A stretch of 64,000 bases of DNA from Vannielia sp. (GCF_029212645.1 NZ_JARGND010000003.1:61741-125740); one strand, 5' to 3'. Counted from the first letter of the stretch, positions 52,109 to 61,164 are shown. Notes: generated by a model from the letters alone, not told the origin. Made by a program: numbers and translations.

Positions 52109-52140
52109 GATGCACATCCGATGCACAAGTGATGCGCATC
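52109..52140. repeat. Three 11-bp-phased GATGC(A/G)CA direct repeats
   Basis: Copies at 52109, 52120 and 52131; the last lies within palindrome GATGCGCATC. Confidence 0.7.
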
Positions 52141-52199
52141 CAAATTCGCCCCATATGGTTAAATAAATCCGGCGTTCGCCGGACGTTGCAAAGCGGTTT

Positions 52200-52976
52200 T
52201 CAATGAAAGCGCATGTAGGTGCGCAGGTCACTTCCGAAGCGGGCAAACGCCTCATCCTGGGAGCCGACGCCGGGGGGCAGCATCCAGGCGGCGAGCGCCA
52301 GTTGATCGCCATGCCGCCCGATATACTGAAGCTGCACCATGGGCCGCTCCATGAAGGTGAGGGTGGCGAGGGTGATGCGGGCTTCATCGGCGCCAAAGAG
52401 CGGCTCGGCGGCGAAGATCTGCGGCTTGAAATCTTGCCACTGGCGGCGCATCCGGTCGTGGTTGAAGCGCAGGTAGCTTTCAAGATCGTCATGGCCTGCC
52501 ATGCTGTCTTGCACGGCGGTGATGGTGTGGTTCACCGCAAGGTCGGTGCCCTTCATGATGCCCGCTTCTTCGATCAGGTCCCAATCATGGGCGGCGGCGG
52601 TGGCCAGCCAGAGCGTGTTTTTGATGCGGCCGCGCGGGTAGGGCGGGGATTGCAGGCATTTGACGGTGAAGAGGTAGGGGCCAGCGGCGATGGTATCATA
52701 ATGGGCCAGCAGCGCCTCGCCGGTCACGGCATGGGAGTTGAGCGTGGTTTCGCCATTGATCAGCAGCATCAGCCCCTCGCCGTCATGGCGAATGGCGAAG
52801 TGCTGGTCCTTGAGCAGCGGCGAGGTGAGCTTGATCCCCGACGTCGCCTCATCGCGCCCGATCGGGTAGGTGCCGTGGGCGGAAATATCGAGCCGGAACA
52901 AGGGGGTGCCGCCCGGCCCGTGCTGGACAAGCTGGAAGGTGCCATCGGGGGCCGGGGTTGGGGTATCGTCGGCCAC
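52200..52976 (-). CDS. FHA-domain protein with putative C-terminal DUF1795/DcrB-like domain
   Basis: YPIGRD...QHFAI...TTLN...L.HYDTIAAG FHA pattern; C-domain TITAVQDSM...LESYL...QLQY; GTG start 5 nt after the upstream stop. Confidence 0.65.
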   Translation of the reverse strand: MADDTPTPAPDGTFQLVQHGPGGTPLFRLDISAHGTYPIGRDEATSGIKLTSPLLKDQHFAIRHDGEGLMLLINGETTLNSHAVTGEALLAHYDTIAAGPYLFTVKCLQSPPYPRGRIKNTLWLATAAAHDWDLIEEAGIMKGTDLAVNHTITAVQDSMAGHDDLESYLRFNHDRMRRQWQDFKPQIFAAEPLFGADEARITLATLTFMERPMVQLQYIGRHGDQLALAAWMLPPGVGSQDEAFARFGSDLRTYMRFH

Positions 52977-52981
52977 GCCGT

Positions 52982-53608
52982 TCAGCCCTTGATGCCGAGA
53001 CGGTCGAAAAAGGCCGGGTTCAGGCGGTAGTAATAGGGGCGGATCGGCTTTTGGTAGAGCAAATCCCACAGCTCGCGGAAGCGCGCGGCGGCGGCCTCTT
53101 CATCGCCGGTGAGCTGCTTTTCGGGGAATTGCGCGACGCCAAGCAGGGTGGTGAGCGTGGCAAAAAGCTCGGCTTCGGCGGCGTCAAAGGCCTTCATGTC
53201 GAAGTCTTTGGGGAAGCCGTGGGAGCCGAGGGTGTGCTCAAGATCGGCGTCATCGTAGCGGTGCAGTTGCACCGGCTCGCCGCGCGGCACATCAATGCGG
53301 GCCACCCAGCCCGGAGCGGTGAACTCGGGCGGTTGCGGCGGGCGGCCACGGCGCAGGAAGAACAGGTAGCCAAGCCACAGCCCATCGGCATCGGCGAAGG
53401 GCACGGGATAGCCGCGCACCGCCTCGCGGGGCATGTCGGTGAAGCCGTTGCGGGCGGCTTGCATCTGCTTTGAGCGGCGCTCCACGATGGGCGGGTCAGC
53501 GGCAGCAGTTTCAGACACGATGAGGGCTCCCAGAAGGGTGAGGACAAGCAGGCATGTGCGCCATCGCTTACCAGATTGGATTGTCGGTGATGGCGATGTC
53601 GCCGCCAT
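52982..53608 (-). CDS. Hypothetical protein, candidate immunity protein (start 53608 with signal peptide, or GTG 53518)
   Basis: Directly downstream of the PAAR effector; KRWR-CLLVLTLLGALIV-SETAAA-D resembles a Sec signal. Confidence 0.6.
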   Translation of the reverse strand: MAATSPSPTIQSGKRWRTCLLVLTLLGALIVSETAAADPPIVERRSKQMQAARNGFTDMPREAVRGYPVPFADADGLWLGYLFFLRRGRPPQPPEFTAPGWVARIDVPRGEPVQLHRYDDADLEHTLGSHGFPKDFDMKAFDAAEAELFATLTTLLGVAQFPEKQLTGDEEAAAARFRELWDLLYQKPIRPYYYRLNPAFFDRLGIKG

Positions 53609-54842
53609 CCATGGAATCTGCATAATCATCAGCGGCCAGCACCCTGCCTTGCTCGTTGTTGCCGGTATCGTTGATGGTGTAGCCGATGGTATCACCGTTT
53701 TGATCAACAATCCCGCCGGTTGTGTGAACGGCATGACCACCGCCATTATAGGCCGGGTCATTCCAGAGACGGCCAGCATCATGGCCCGAAACAACGCCTT
53801 GGTTGTTGCGCAGCGCATCGTCGACCGAGTTGGTATTGCCGGGCGCCATATGGGCGGGCACGCCGCCGTTTTCGAGGATCACTTCCTCGCCACCGATGGG
53901 GGTGCCGCCGCGGCGGCTGTAGCCCGAGGGCGGTGGGCCGCCGGCGATGCCTTCCATGGTGCTTTCGTTGTTATCAACCCCGGTGGCCTGGTGGATGATT
54001 TGCTGCGAGCTTTGCACGGCGCAGTTTTCATAGCTTTGCTGGCCGGGGTGCAGCGCGCCGCCATCAGCCGGGTTGCCGATGATATCAACGATGACCGGAT
54101 CGCTTTTGGCGGCCTGCGCATCAAGGAAATCCTGCCCGCCGGGGCCTGCCTGAACGGCATTGAGCTGGCGGATCTTCTCTTGCTGCTCGGCGTGGGTGCC
54201 GGTGACAAAGACATTTGGGCTGAACTCGGTGGCGGGGGTGCCATCGGGCATGACCACGGTGCGCGGGAAGGTGGGCGCAACCATGTGACCGATCAGCGCC
54301 ATCGCCCCCACGAGCAGCGCGCCAAGGCCGGGTGAGCCGCTGTTGGCGCTGCCGCCGATCAACGTGGTGGGGTGGCCCGTGGCGATCTTGTTGGGCGGGC
54401 CGAGCGCTTCGAGGAGCGTATCGCCCATGCGCGCGGCTGGCAGATTGTTGACAAGCACGGTGGGAGAGCCATCAATCACCACGCCGGGGCCATGCGGTGG
54501 CACCGGGAAGGGGGTGGTGCAGGCGTGGATATCGGCGCCCATGGAGACCGAGGAGATCATCGAGGACATGGCCGAAAGCGCGGCGCCCTTGGCGGCCTCG
54601 GCGGCGGCTTTGGCGGCGGGGGCACCGGGTGTGCCCATGGCCGCAGTGGCGGCATTATCGGCGGCTTTTACCGCAGCATCGGCCACCTGTTTGGCCGCTT
54701 GCAGGCCAGCCGCAGCGGCGGCAGGCATACCGCGCCATTGCGGCTGCATTCCGGTGAAAACGGTGAGAGATCCGGGGCCACCTGTAAGCACGGGCGGCAG
54801 GGGGTGAGAGACGTTATCAAATATGCGTGCCGCGGGGGGCAT
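53568..54842 (-). CDS. PAAR-domain protein with C-terminal papain-like (C39-type) peptidase domain
   Basis: PAARIFD and LPAARMGD motifs; H-x-C...H metal ligands; C-terminal Q..ENC, GGHAV, INDTG triad. Confidence 0.8.
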   Translation of the reverse strand: MPPAARIFDNVSHPLPPVLTGGPGSLTVFTGMQPQWRGMPAAAAAGLQAAKQVADAAVKAADNAATAAMGTPGAPAAKAAAEAAKGAALSAMSSMISSVSMGADIHACTTPFPVPPHGPGVVIDGSPTVLVNNLPAARMGDTLLEALGPPNKIATGHPTTLIGGSANSGSPGLGALLVGAMALIGHMVAPTFPRTVVMPDGTPATEFSPNVFVTGTHAEQQEKIRQLNAVQAGPGGQDFLDAQAAKSDPVIVDIIGNPADGGALHPGQQSYENCAVQSSQQIIHQATGVDNNESTMEGIAGGPPPSGYSRRGGTPIGGEEVILENGGVPAHMAPGNTNSVDDALRNNQGVVSGHDAGRLWNDPAYNGGGHAVHTTGGIVDQNGDTIGYTINDTGNNEQGRVLAADDYADSMDGGDIAITDNPIW

Positions 54843-54927
54843 GGCGAATGACCTTCATGCGATGCCCCCGGAAAAATGGGGGCGGAAACGGATTTGCTTA
54901 TCAATACCCTCAATGTGGGCATTTTTG

Positions 54928-54960
54928 CGCCCCCTTGCAAGGGGGGCTTGCAAGGGGGCG
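54928..54960. repeat. Perfect 14-bp inverted repeat upstream of the PAAR gene
   Basis: CGCCCCCTTGCAAG-GGGGG-CTTGCAAGGGGGCG. Confidence 0.75.
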
Positions 54961-54988
54961 TGGTCCGTTTGCCTTTGAGGGCGGGGGA

Positions 54989-56167
54989 TCAGGGCAGGTA
55001 ATCCGCCGGATCAATCGGGTCAACGCCGCGGCGCACCTCGAAGTGCAGGAAGGTGGGTTCCTTGGCTGGCACCGAGGCGACGACCTGTCCGCGCTTCACC
55101 CGGTCTCCCTTTTTGACCTTGAAGCCCTCAACATTGGAATAGACCGTGAAAATGCCGCCCTCATGGCCGATCAGCAGCACCTGCACGCCGGAGGCGGTTT
55201 CAAGGATGCGGGCGACGGTGCCCTTATCGGCGGCTCTCACGGGCGCACCGGCGCTGGCCTGAATGTCGATGCCGTTGCTTTTGGCCGAGAAGGCCCGGAT
55301 GATCTTGCCATCCACCGGGGAGACAAAGCGGGACGAGCTGGCCGAAGCCTTGGTGGCCTGGGTGCCCAGATCGGGGCTGTCGGGGGTGCCGGGGGCCGCT
55401 TTTGCGGTGGAGGATTGGGTTTGCGCCGTGGTCGGCTCATCCTTGGGCAGCGGCTTGCTGGCTGAGGGCGGCGTGGGGGTGGGGCTGCCTTCGCCGGGTT
55501 CGCTGACGCTGGTGCGCCGGGCCGGTGCGGGGCTGGTGCTTTCCGGCGGGATCAGGAGGAACTGGCCGGTGCGCAGGGTATAATCATCATCCAGCCCGTT
55601 CCACTCATCCAGCGCCTTCAGCGACACACCGTAGCGGCGCGCGACGATATAGGCGGTTTCCCCGGCCACAACCTTGTGGCGCACCGGTTCCTGCCCGGTT
55701 TGGGCGTTGGATGTGCGGGTGGCGGGGGCCGATTGCTCGGCGCGGGTGATGGCACCATCGGCCAGCACGGCCACATCCACCTGCTCGGGCGGCTGGATCG
55801 GGCCGGTGACGGGCGCGCCGGTGGCGGGCGACGGCTCTGCCACCCGGCGGGGCAGGGCGAGCACCTCGCCCTTGTTGAGCGTGGCCCCCTCGGGCACCGC
55901 ATTATAGGTGGCCAGTTCGCCCGCCGGCAGGCCGACGCGGGAGGCCACGGAGGTGACGGTATCGCCGCGCCGGGCCACGGCGACCTGATAGCCGGGATAG
56001 CTGAGGATGCCGCGGTTATCGGGATCTGGGCGGCTTTCGGTGGCGCGCAGGGCGGCTTCGGAGGTGTTAAACCCGCCTCCCAATCCACGGAAATCACTGT
56101 CGAATGTATCGCATCCTGCAAGCACGATCAGGCTTGCGGACAGGGCGATGGCTGTGGTGGCACGCAT
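54989..56167 (-). CDS. nlpD: LysM/M23 lipoprotein (NlpD-like)
   Basis: Lipobox LAGC; two LysM domains; degenerate M23 (NGIDI, LHFEVR); downstream of pcm. Confidence 0.85.
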   Translation of the reverse strand: MRATTAIALSASLIVLAGCDTFDSDFRGLGGGFNTSEAALRATESRPDPDNRGILSYPGYQVAVARRGDTVTSVASRVGLPAGELATYNAVPEGATLNKGEVLALPRRVAEPSPATGAPVTGPIQPPEQVDVAVLADGAITRAEQSAPATRTSNAQTGQEPVRHKVVAGETAYIVARRYGVSLKALDEWNGLDDDYTLRTGQFLLIPPESTSPAPARRTSVSEPGEGSPTPTPPSASKPLPKDEPTTAQTQSSTAKAAPGTPDSPDLGTQATKASASSSRFVSPVDGKIIRAFSAKSNGIDIQASAGAPVRAADKGTVARILETASGVQVLLIGHEGGIFTVYSNVEGFKVKKGDRVKRGQVVASVPAKEPTFLHFEVRRGVDPIDPADYLP

Positions 56168-56218
56168 CGGGCTCGTTTCCTCAAATTTCGGTGGCCCCTC
56201 TTTTGGGGGCTTTCCTGA

Positions 56219-56872
56219 CTACTCCTTACCGAGCCCCTCGAGCAGAGGCACGAAACGCACGTCACGCAGCTCGTCATAGCGCAGGCCCTCTTCGGTGCGG
56301 CGCACCCGAATAAGGCTTTGCACCGCGTCCGACTGGCCAACGGGCACAACCATGATACCGCCAATCCGAAGCTGCGCCAAGAGCGGTCCGGGCGGGTCTT
56401 CTGCGGCGGCGGTCACCATGATCTTGTCAAACGGCGCATGGTCGGGCAGCCCGTGCGAGCCATCGGCGGTAAACACGGTGACATTTGTGTAATCCAGCTG
56501 TGCAAACAGCGCCTCCGCGGTGCGGGTGAGGCGGCGAAACCGGTCAATCGTGTAAACCCGGCGCGCAAGCTGGGCAAGGATCGCGGCCTGATAGCCGGAG
56601 CCGGTGCCGATTTCGAGCACCTTGTCGCGCGGGGTGATCTCAAGCGCTTGGGTCATCAGCCCCACGACGGAGGGCTGCGAGATGGTCTGGCCGCAGGAAA
56701 TTGGCAGCGGTGTGTCATCATAGGCGCGCTCAGAGAACAGCCCCTGCACAAACAGCCCGCGGTCGACCCGCTCCATCGCGCCAAGCACCGCCTTGTCGGT
56801 CACCCCGTGAGAGCGAATCTGGTAGAGGAACTGCATCTTGCGTTCCGCATCCGACACGCCGTCGTCACTCAT
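56219..56872 (-). CDS. pcm: Protein-L-isoaspartate O-methyltransferase
   Basis: [24 protein letters not shown]. Confidence 0.95.
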   Translation of the reverse strand: MSDDGVSDAERKMQFLYQIRSHGVTDKAVLGAMERVDRGLFVQGLFSERAYDDTPLPISCGQTISQPSVVGLMTQALEITPRDKVLEIGTGSGYQAAILAQLARRVYTIDRFRRLTRTAEALFAQLDYTNVTVFTADGSHGLPDHAPFDKIMVTAAAEDPPGPLLAQLRIGGIMVVPVGQSDAVQSLIRVRRTEEGLRYDELRDVRFVPLLEGLGKE

Positions 56873-57654
56873 CCCAGCGCCTCCTGCAAGGCGGCAAGGC
56901 TGGCGTGGCAGGTGAGATCGGCGCGCATCGGGGTGATGGCGACATGGCCATCAAGGCAGGCGCCAACATCGGTGTCTGGCCCGGTGTTTTCTTGCTGCGA
57001 GCCACCCTTGATCCAGAGGAACCGGCGGCCAGAGGGCGAAAGATGCGGCTCGACCGAGAAATTGGCTGTTTTTCTGCGGCCCTGGCGGGCGATCCTCATG
57101 CCTTTCACCTCGGCAGAGGGCACCGGCGGGAAGTTGACATTGAAGAAGCTGTGATAATCGTCGCCGCCCCAATTGCCATGCTCCAGCAGGGCTTTCACCA
57201 CCCTGGCGCCATGCCCGGCGGCGGCTTCGAACGGATTGGCGAGGGTGGCGTTGTCGGGGCCGTAATACTGCGAAAGCGCCACCGCCCGCACCCCTTGCAG
57301 GGCTGCTTCCATCGCCCCGCCGATGGTGCCGGAGTAAAGCGTGTTCTCGCCCGCGTTGTTGCCCCGGTTCACGCCGGAAAGCACCAGATCGGGGCGGCCA
57401 TCGTCAAGCACATCGTAAAGCCCCGCAAGCACGCAATCGGCCGGGCTGCCCTCGGCGGCATAGCGCCGCTCGTCCAGTTTGGCGATCATCGTGGGGTGCG
57501 AATAAGAGATGCAATGGCCAACGCCCGATTGCTCAAACGCCGGCGCCACCACCCAAACCTCGCCCTCGGGGCCAGCCACCTCGGCGGCTATGGCCTCCAG
57601 AACGGCGAGGCCCGGGGCATTGATGCCGTCGTCGTTGGTAATCAGAATGCGCAT
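56869..57654 (-). CDS. surE: 5'/3'-nucleotidase SurE
   Basis: [26 protein letters not shown]. Confidence 0.96.
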   Translation of the reverse strand: MRILITNDDGINAPGLAVLEAIAAEVAGPEGEVWVVAPAFEQSGVGHCISYSHPTMIAKLDERRYAAEGSPADCVLAGLYDVLDDGRPDLVLSGVNRGNNAGENTLYSGTIGGAMEAALQGVRAVALSQYYGPDNATLANPFEAAAGHGARVVKALLEHGNWGGDDYHSFFNVNFPPVPSAEVKGMRIARQGRRKTANFSVEPHLSPSGRRFLWIKGGSQQENTGPDTDVGACLDGHVAITPMRADLTCHASLAALQEALG

Positions 57655-57816
57655 GGTGCCCCCCAGTATGTGCTCGATCGTTGGCTGCTACAGCCTCAAT
57701 AGGGGAGGCCGGGGGATGCCACAAGCGGAAGGGCGCCGATGGGGCGGCTCCAACCTGCATTTTCTTGCTGTAAATATCCACGGCGCAGCATCTGCCAGGG
57801 GCGCGGCGCTGGCCGT

Positions 57817-58461
57817 TTAGCCAAGGATCTGCGGCAAGAGGCGCGCGGCCTCCTCGCCCGGTGCGGCGAGTGGGGCGCGGTCTTCACCGGGGTGAAAGCG
57901 CGCACGGGTGGCGGTGGCCATTGGCGCGGGCTCCAGCACCAGCACGCGCGGCCCGGTCTTGACCGTTTCAGCCTGCCAGCCCCGCACCAGCGCCATTTGC
58001 CCGGATTTGGTGCTGCCGTAGTGGCCAAAGAACTTTTCGCCGCCCTTGGCATCCTCAAAGAACACCGCCGTGCCGTTACGCGCCAGCAAAAGCGGCTCCA
58101 CCAGCGAGATCAGCTGCCGGGTGGCGGTGAGGTTGGTTGCAACGCTCTTTTGCCAGTCTTTCTCATCAAGGTGGGCGGTGGGGCCAAGCGGGGCGGCGTG
58201 GATGGCACTGTGCACCCAAAGATCAAGCCCGCCCCAGCGCCCGGCGATGGAACCGGCCAGTTGGTCCATTGCAGGCTCAACGCCAATGTCCATCGGCGCG
58301 AGCGTGGCCGCGCCGCCCGCCGCGCGGATGCGATCATCCAGCTCTTCCAGCGCACCGGTGGTGCGGCCAACGGCGATGATGTGGTGGGTGGGCGCAAGGG
58401 CCAGAGCGAGGGCCGCGCCAAGGCCGCGCGAGGCACCGGTGATGAGAGCTGTTTTTTCCAT
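57817..58461 (-). CDS. Short-chain dehydrogenase/reductase (YciK-like)
   Basis: TGASRGLG, YGSTK, RARFHPGED. Confidence 0.85.
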   Translation of the reverse strand: MEKTALITGASRGLGAALALALAPTHHIIAVGRTTGALEELDDRIRAAGGAATLAPMDIGVEPAMDQLAGSIAGRWGGLDLWVHSAIHAAPLGPTAHLDEKDWQKSVATNLTATRQLISLVEPLLLARNGTAVFFEDAKGGEKFFGHYGSTKSGQMALVRGWQAETVKTGPRVLVLEPAPMATATRARFHPGEDRAPLAAPGEEAARLLPQILG

Positions 58462-58520
58462 GCGGTGGGGTTTGGCGCGGGGGGCGGGCGGCGTCAAGGG
58501 GCGCGAGGGGCCGCGTGGGA

Positions 58521-58787
58521 TCAGCCGGGCAGGGACAGGGTGAGCCGCTCCTCGCCGTTGACCAGGGTCAACGAGGTTTCGGTGAGGCTGCGCACGGTGC
58601 CAAGGGCGGTGCGCGCGCCCGGCGTCACCGGAACGATCCGCCCATTGGGCAGGCGCAGCAAGGCGCGGCGATCCGTGGGGCTGCCAACGATAGCGATCAC
58701 GGTGGTCGCGGTGAGGGTGAGCGCCGCCGTTTCGGTGGCGATTTCACCGGCCTTGATCTGCGCGTCGGTTGAAGTGTCTTGAGCCAT
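58521..58787 (-). CDS. Small PilP-like beta-domain protein
   Basis: IAIVGS...RRALLRLPNG..V.V..G...G.V pattern. Confidence 0.55.
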   Translation of the reverse strand: MAQDTSTDAQIKAGEIATETAALTLTATTVIAIVGSPTDRRALLRLPNGRIVPVTPGARTALGTVRSLTETSLTLVNGEERLTLSLPG

Positions 58788-58926
58788 ATGCCGTATCCAG
58801 TCATGCGCCCCGGAGGGCACCGGGGCAGAAGGCGGTGCTCTATGATGCTGCGGTGCAGAAAGATAGGGGCCGGAGGGTCACGGCGCAGTGATATAGGGGT
58901 GTTGGGCGGATACTTGCCGAAGGGCT

Positions 58927-59541
58927 TCAGGGTTTTTCGCCCAGGTGGCCGCGATAATCCTGCCCTGCGGCAGCATAGAGGGCGAGGATCGCGTCAAAGC
59001 TGATCCCTTCCTCCTGCCCGGAGCGCAGCGGCCCATCATGGGCAAAGAGCAGTGGGCGGGTGCCGGGCTGAGACGGCATGACGGCACAGGCGACCGGGCG
59101 CATGGGCGGGGTGGCGGGCAGGGCATTGGCCAGCACCGCCTGACAGCCATCAAAGGGCGCTTGGGGATCGGCATAGGCGGCAAAGGCCTCGGGGGCGATC
59201 CGCGCCCAGGGACCATAGGCAAAAAGCTCATCGCTGCCTTGCAGGGGCATCGGCAGGGTGGCGCGGATGAAGTAGGCGTCTTTCAGGCGGCAAAGATCCG
59301 AGGTGAGCCGATCCCGCCCGACTTGCCAGATCACCTCGTCCTGATCGGCGTGCGCACCGTGGGGCCAGGCATCGGGGTGGTCATAGGCGATATCCTGCAG
59401 GCCGGGGCCTTTGAGGCCGCAGCAGGGGCAGGTATATTCGGGGTCGTTGAAGGCGCGCCAGCGGCGATCGGCGGCCAGCGGCGGCATGGCGGCGGCGCGG
59501 GCCTGTGCCTTGGTGAACCAGTCGGGGCAGGGCAGTGTCAT
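58927..59541 (-). CDS. DUF2199-family protein
   Basis: CPCCG, LTSDLC, YFIR..L.MP, F.YGPW, RP...H.L...Q..GI. Confidence 0.8.
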   Translation of the reverse strand: MTLPCPDWFTKAQARAAAMPPLAADRRWRAFNDPEYTCPCCGLKGPGLQDIAYDHPDAWPHGAHADQDEVIWQVGRDRLTSDLCRLKDAYFIRATLPMPLQGSDELFAYGPWARIAPEAFAAYADPQAPFDGCQAVLANALPATPPMRPVACAVMPSQPGTRPLLFAHDGPLRSGQEEGISFDAILALYAAAGQDYRGHLGEKP

Positions 59542-59549
59542 GGCGCGGC

Positions 59550-60848
59550 TCAGGCGCGGGCCAGGGGGCGCAGTTTGAGGCGGGTGAGGCGGTTATCCTT
59601 GCGCGCGACCACCTCGAAGCGGAAGCCATGGAAGGAAAACACCTGCCCCACGGTGGGGATGGATTGCGCCTCGTGGATGACCAGCCCGGCTACGGTGTTG
59701 GCCTCATCGTCGGGCAGGGACCAGTCATTGGCGCGGTTCAGATCGCGGATCGTCATCGCGCCGTCCACGATCCAATCGCCGCTGTCGGTGCGGCGCAGGG
59801 GGTGGTCCTCGTCGATGTCAAACTCATCGGTGATTTCGCCGACGATCTCTTCGAGGATGTCTTCCAGCGTGATCAGCCCTTGCAGGGTGCCGTATTCATC
59901 GACGACCAGCGCAAAGTGGGTGTTGCGGCGCAAAAACTGGCGCATCTGGTCATCGAGCGTGGTGGTTTCGGGCACGAAATAAGGCTCTTTCGCCACATCG
60001 AGCACCGAGAAGCTGCTGAGCACATCGGGGGTGCTGCCATGGTCGGTCGCCAAGCGGTGGATGGCGCGCAGCAGGTCTTTGGCATGGATCACGCCGACGA
60101 TGTTTTCCTTGTCACCATCATAAAGCGGCAGGCGGGTGTGGCGGCTTTCGAGCGCCTGGGCGAGCACTTCCTCCGGGGCGTCCTCGACGTTGACCATCTG
60201 GATCTGCGAGCGGTGGAGCATGATCTCTTCAACGGTGCGCTCACCTAGGTCGAGGGCGCCAAGCAGGCGGTCGCGGTCTTCCTTCTGGACGACCCCTTCA
60301 GAGTGGCCGAGCGCCAGCGCCCCGGCGATTTCTTCCTGCACCGAGAACATATGGCTATCGGGGTCTGTCTTGACGCCAAAGAGGCGCAAAAGCTGGCGCA
60401 CCAGAGCGCGGATGGCGCTGACAACGGGCGAGAACACAAGCACCACCAGCCGGATTGGCCGGGCCACGCGGGAGGCGGCGGTTTCGGCGTTGGTGATCGC
60501 GTAGGTCTTGGGCAGCACCTCGGCGAAGATCAGCACCAGCAGAGTCATGATGAGGGTCGCCATCGCCACGCCGCTCTCGCCGAAGAGGCGGGTAAAGAGG
60601 GCGGTGGCCAGCGAGGTGGCGAGGATGTTGACGAGGTTGTTGCCCAGCAGCACCGAGCCGATCAGCCGCTCGTTGTCTTCGGTGATGGTGAGCGCCGTTT
60701 CGGCCCCCCCGTCGCCCTTGTCGGCCCGCGAGCGCAGCTTGCCGCGAGAGGCGGCGGTGAGCGCGGTTTCGGAGCCGGAAAAGAAGGCGGAGAACAGCAG
60801 CAGCGCGGCGATAGCGCCAGCGGTGAGCCAGAATGCGGTGTCGATCAC
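59550..60848 (-). CDS. HlyC/CorC (CNNM-CBS-CorC) family transporter
   Basis: FFSGSETAL, GNNLVNI, AEVLPK, VVDEYG, TLEDILEEIVGEI. Confidence 0.93.
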   Translation of the reverse strand: MIDTAFWLTAGAIAALLLFSAFFSGSETALTAASRGKLRSRADKGDGGAETALTITEDNERLIGSVLLGNNLVNILATSLATALFTRLFGESGVAMATLIMTLLVLIFAEVLPKTYAITNAETAASRVARPIRLVVLVFSPVVSAIRALVRQLLRLFGVKTDPDSHMFSVQEEIAGALALGHSEGVVQKEDRDRLLGALDLGERTVEEIMLHRSQIQMVNVEDAPEEVLAQALESRHTRLPLYDGDKENIVGVIHAKDLLRAIHRLATDHGSTPDVLSSFSVLDVAKEPYFVPETTTLDDQMRQFLRRNTHFALVVDEYGTLQGLITLEDILEEIVGEITDEFDIDEDHPLRRTDSGDWIVDGAMTIRDLNRANDWSLPDDEANTVAGLVIHEAQSIPTVGQVFSFHGFRFEVVARKDNRLTRLKLRPLARA

Positions 60849-61164
60849 GGGAGAGGCCGGGGTTGCATCATAATGGGTGCCGTTATGGGGCGCGGGCGGG
60901 GTGTGATCAAGGGGAGAAGGGCTTGTTGTTGTGAGAGCACATTGCGCTGCGGGCCCTCATGCCGCTGCCGGAAACATGCCCGAGGGGCGAAAGCCGGGGG
61001 CAATGGCTCAGCCAGTCAAACACCCGGAACTTATCCTTGGCGGGCGCGGTGGTGCAGCGCACAGGAAACCTGCCATTGCGCCCGCGCCGCCGCGCCGCAA
61101 GCAAGGCAGGTGGATTGACAGGGGGCGACGGCGCGGCAAGGTTTGGCGGCAAGGGAGGCACAGG

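Noticed and set aside
52109-52140. Short repeats as a CRISPR array (also 35321-35349 and 63584-63646)
   Set aside because: Repeats are only 8-15 bp with 0-13 bp gaps, and no cas genes are present.
54989-55330. Degenerate M23 zinc motif in the LysM lipoprotein
   Set aside because: Normal for NlpD/DipM-like amidase activators.
60975-61005. CCCGAGGGGCGAAAGCCGGGG resembling a hammerhead or other ribozyme stem
   Set aside because: Lacks the CUGAnGA catalytic core; only a short GAAA-capped hairpin.
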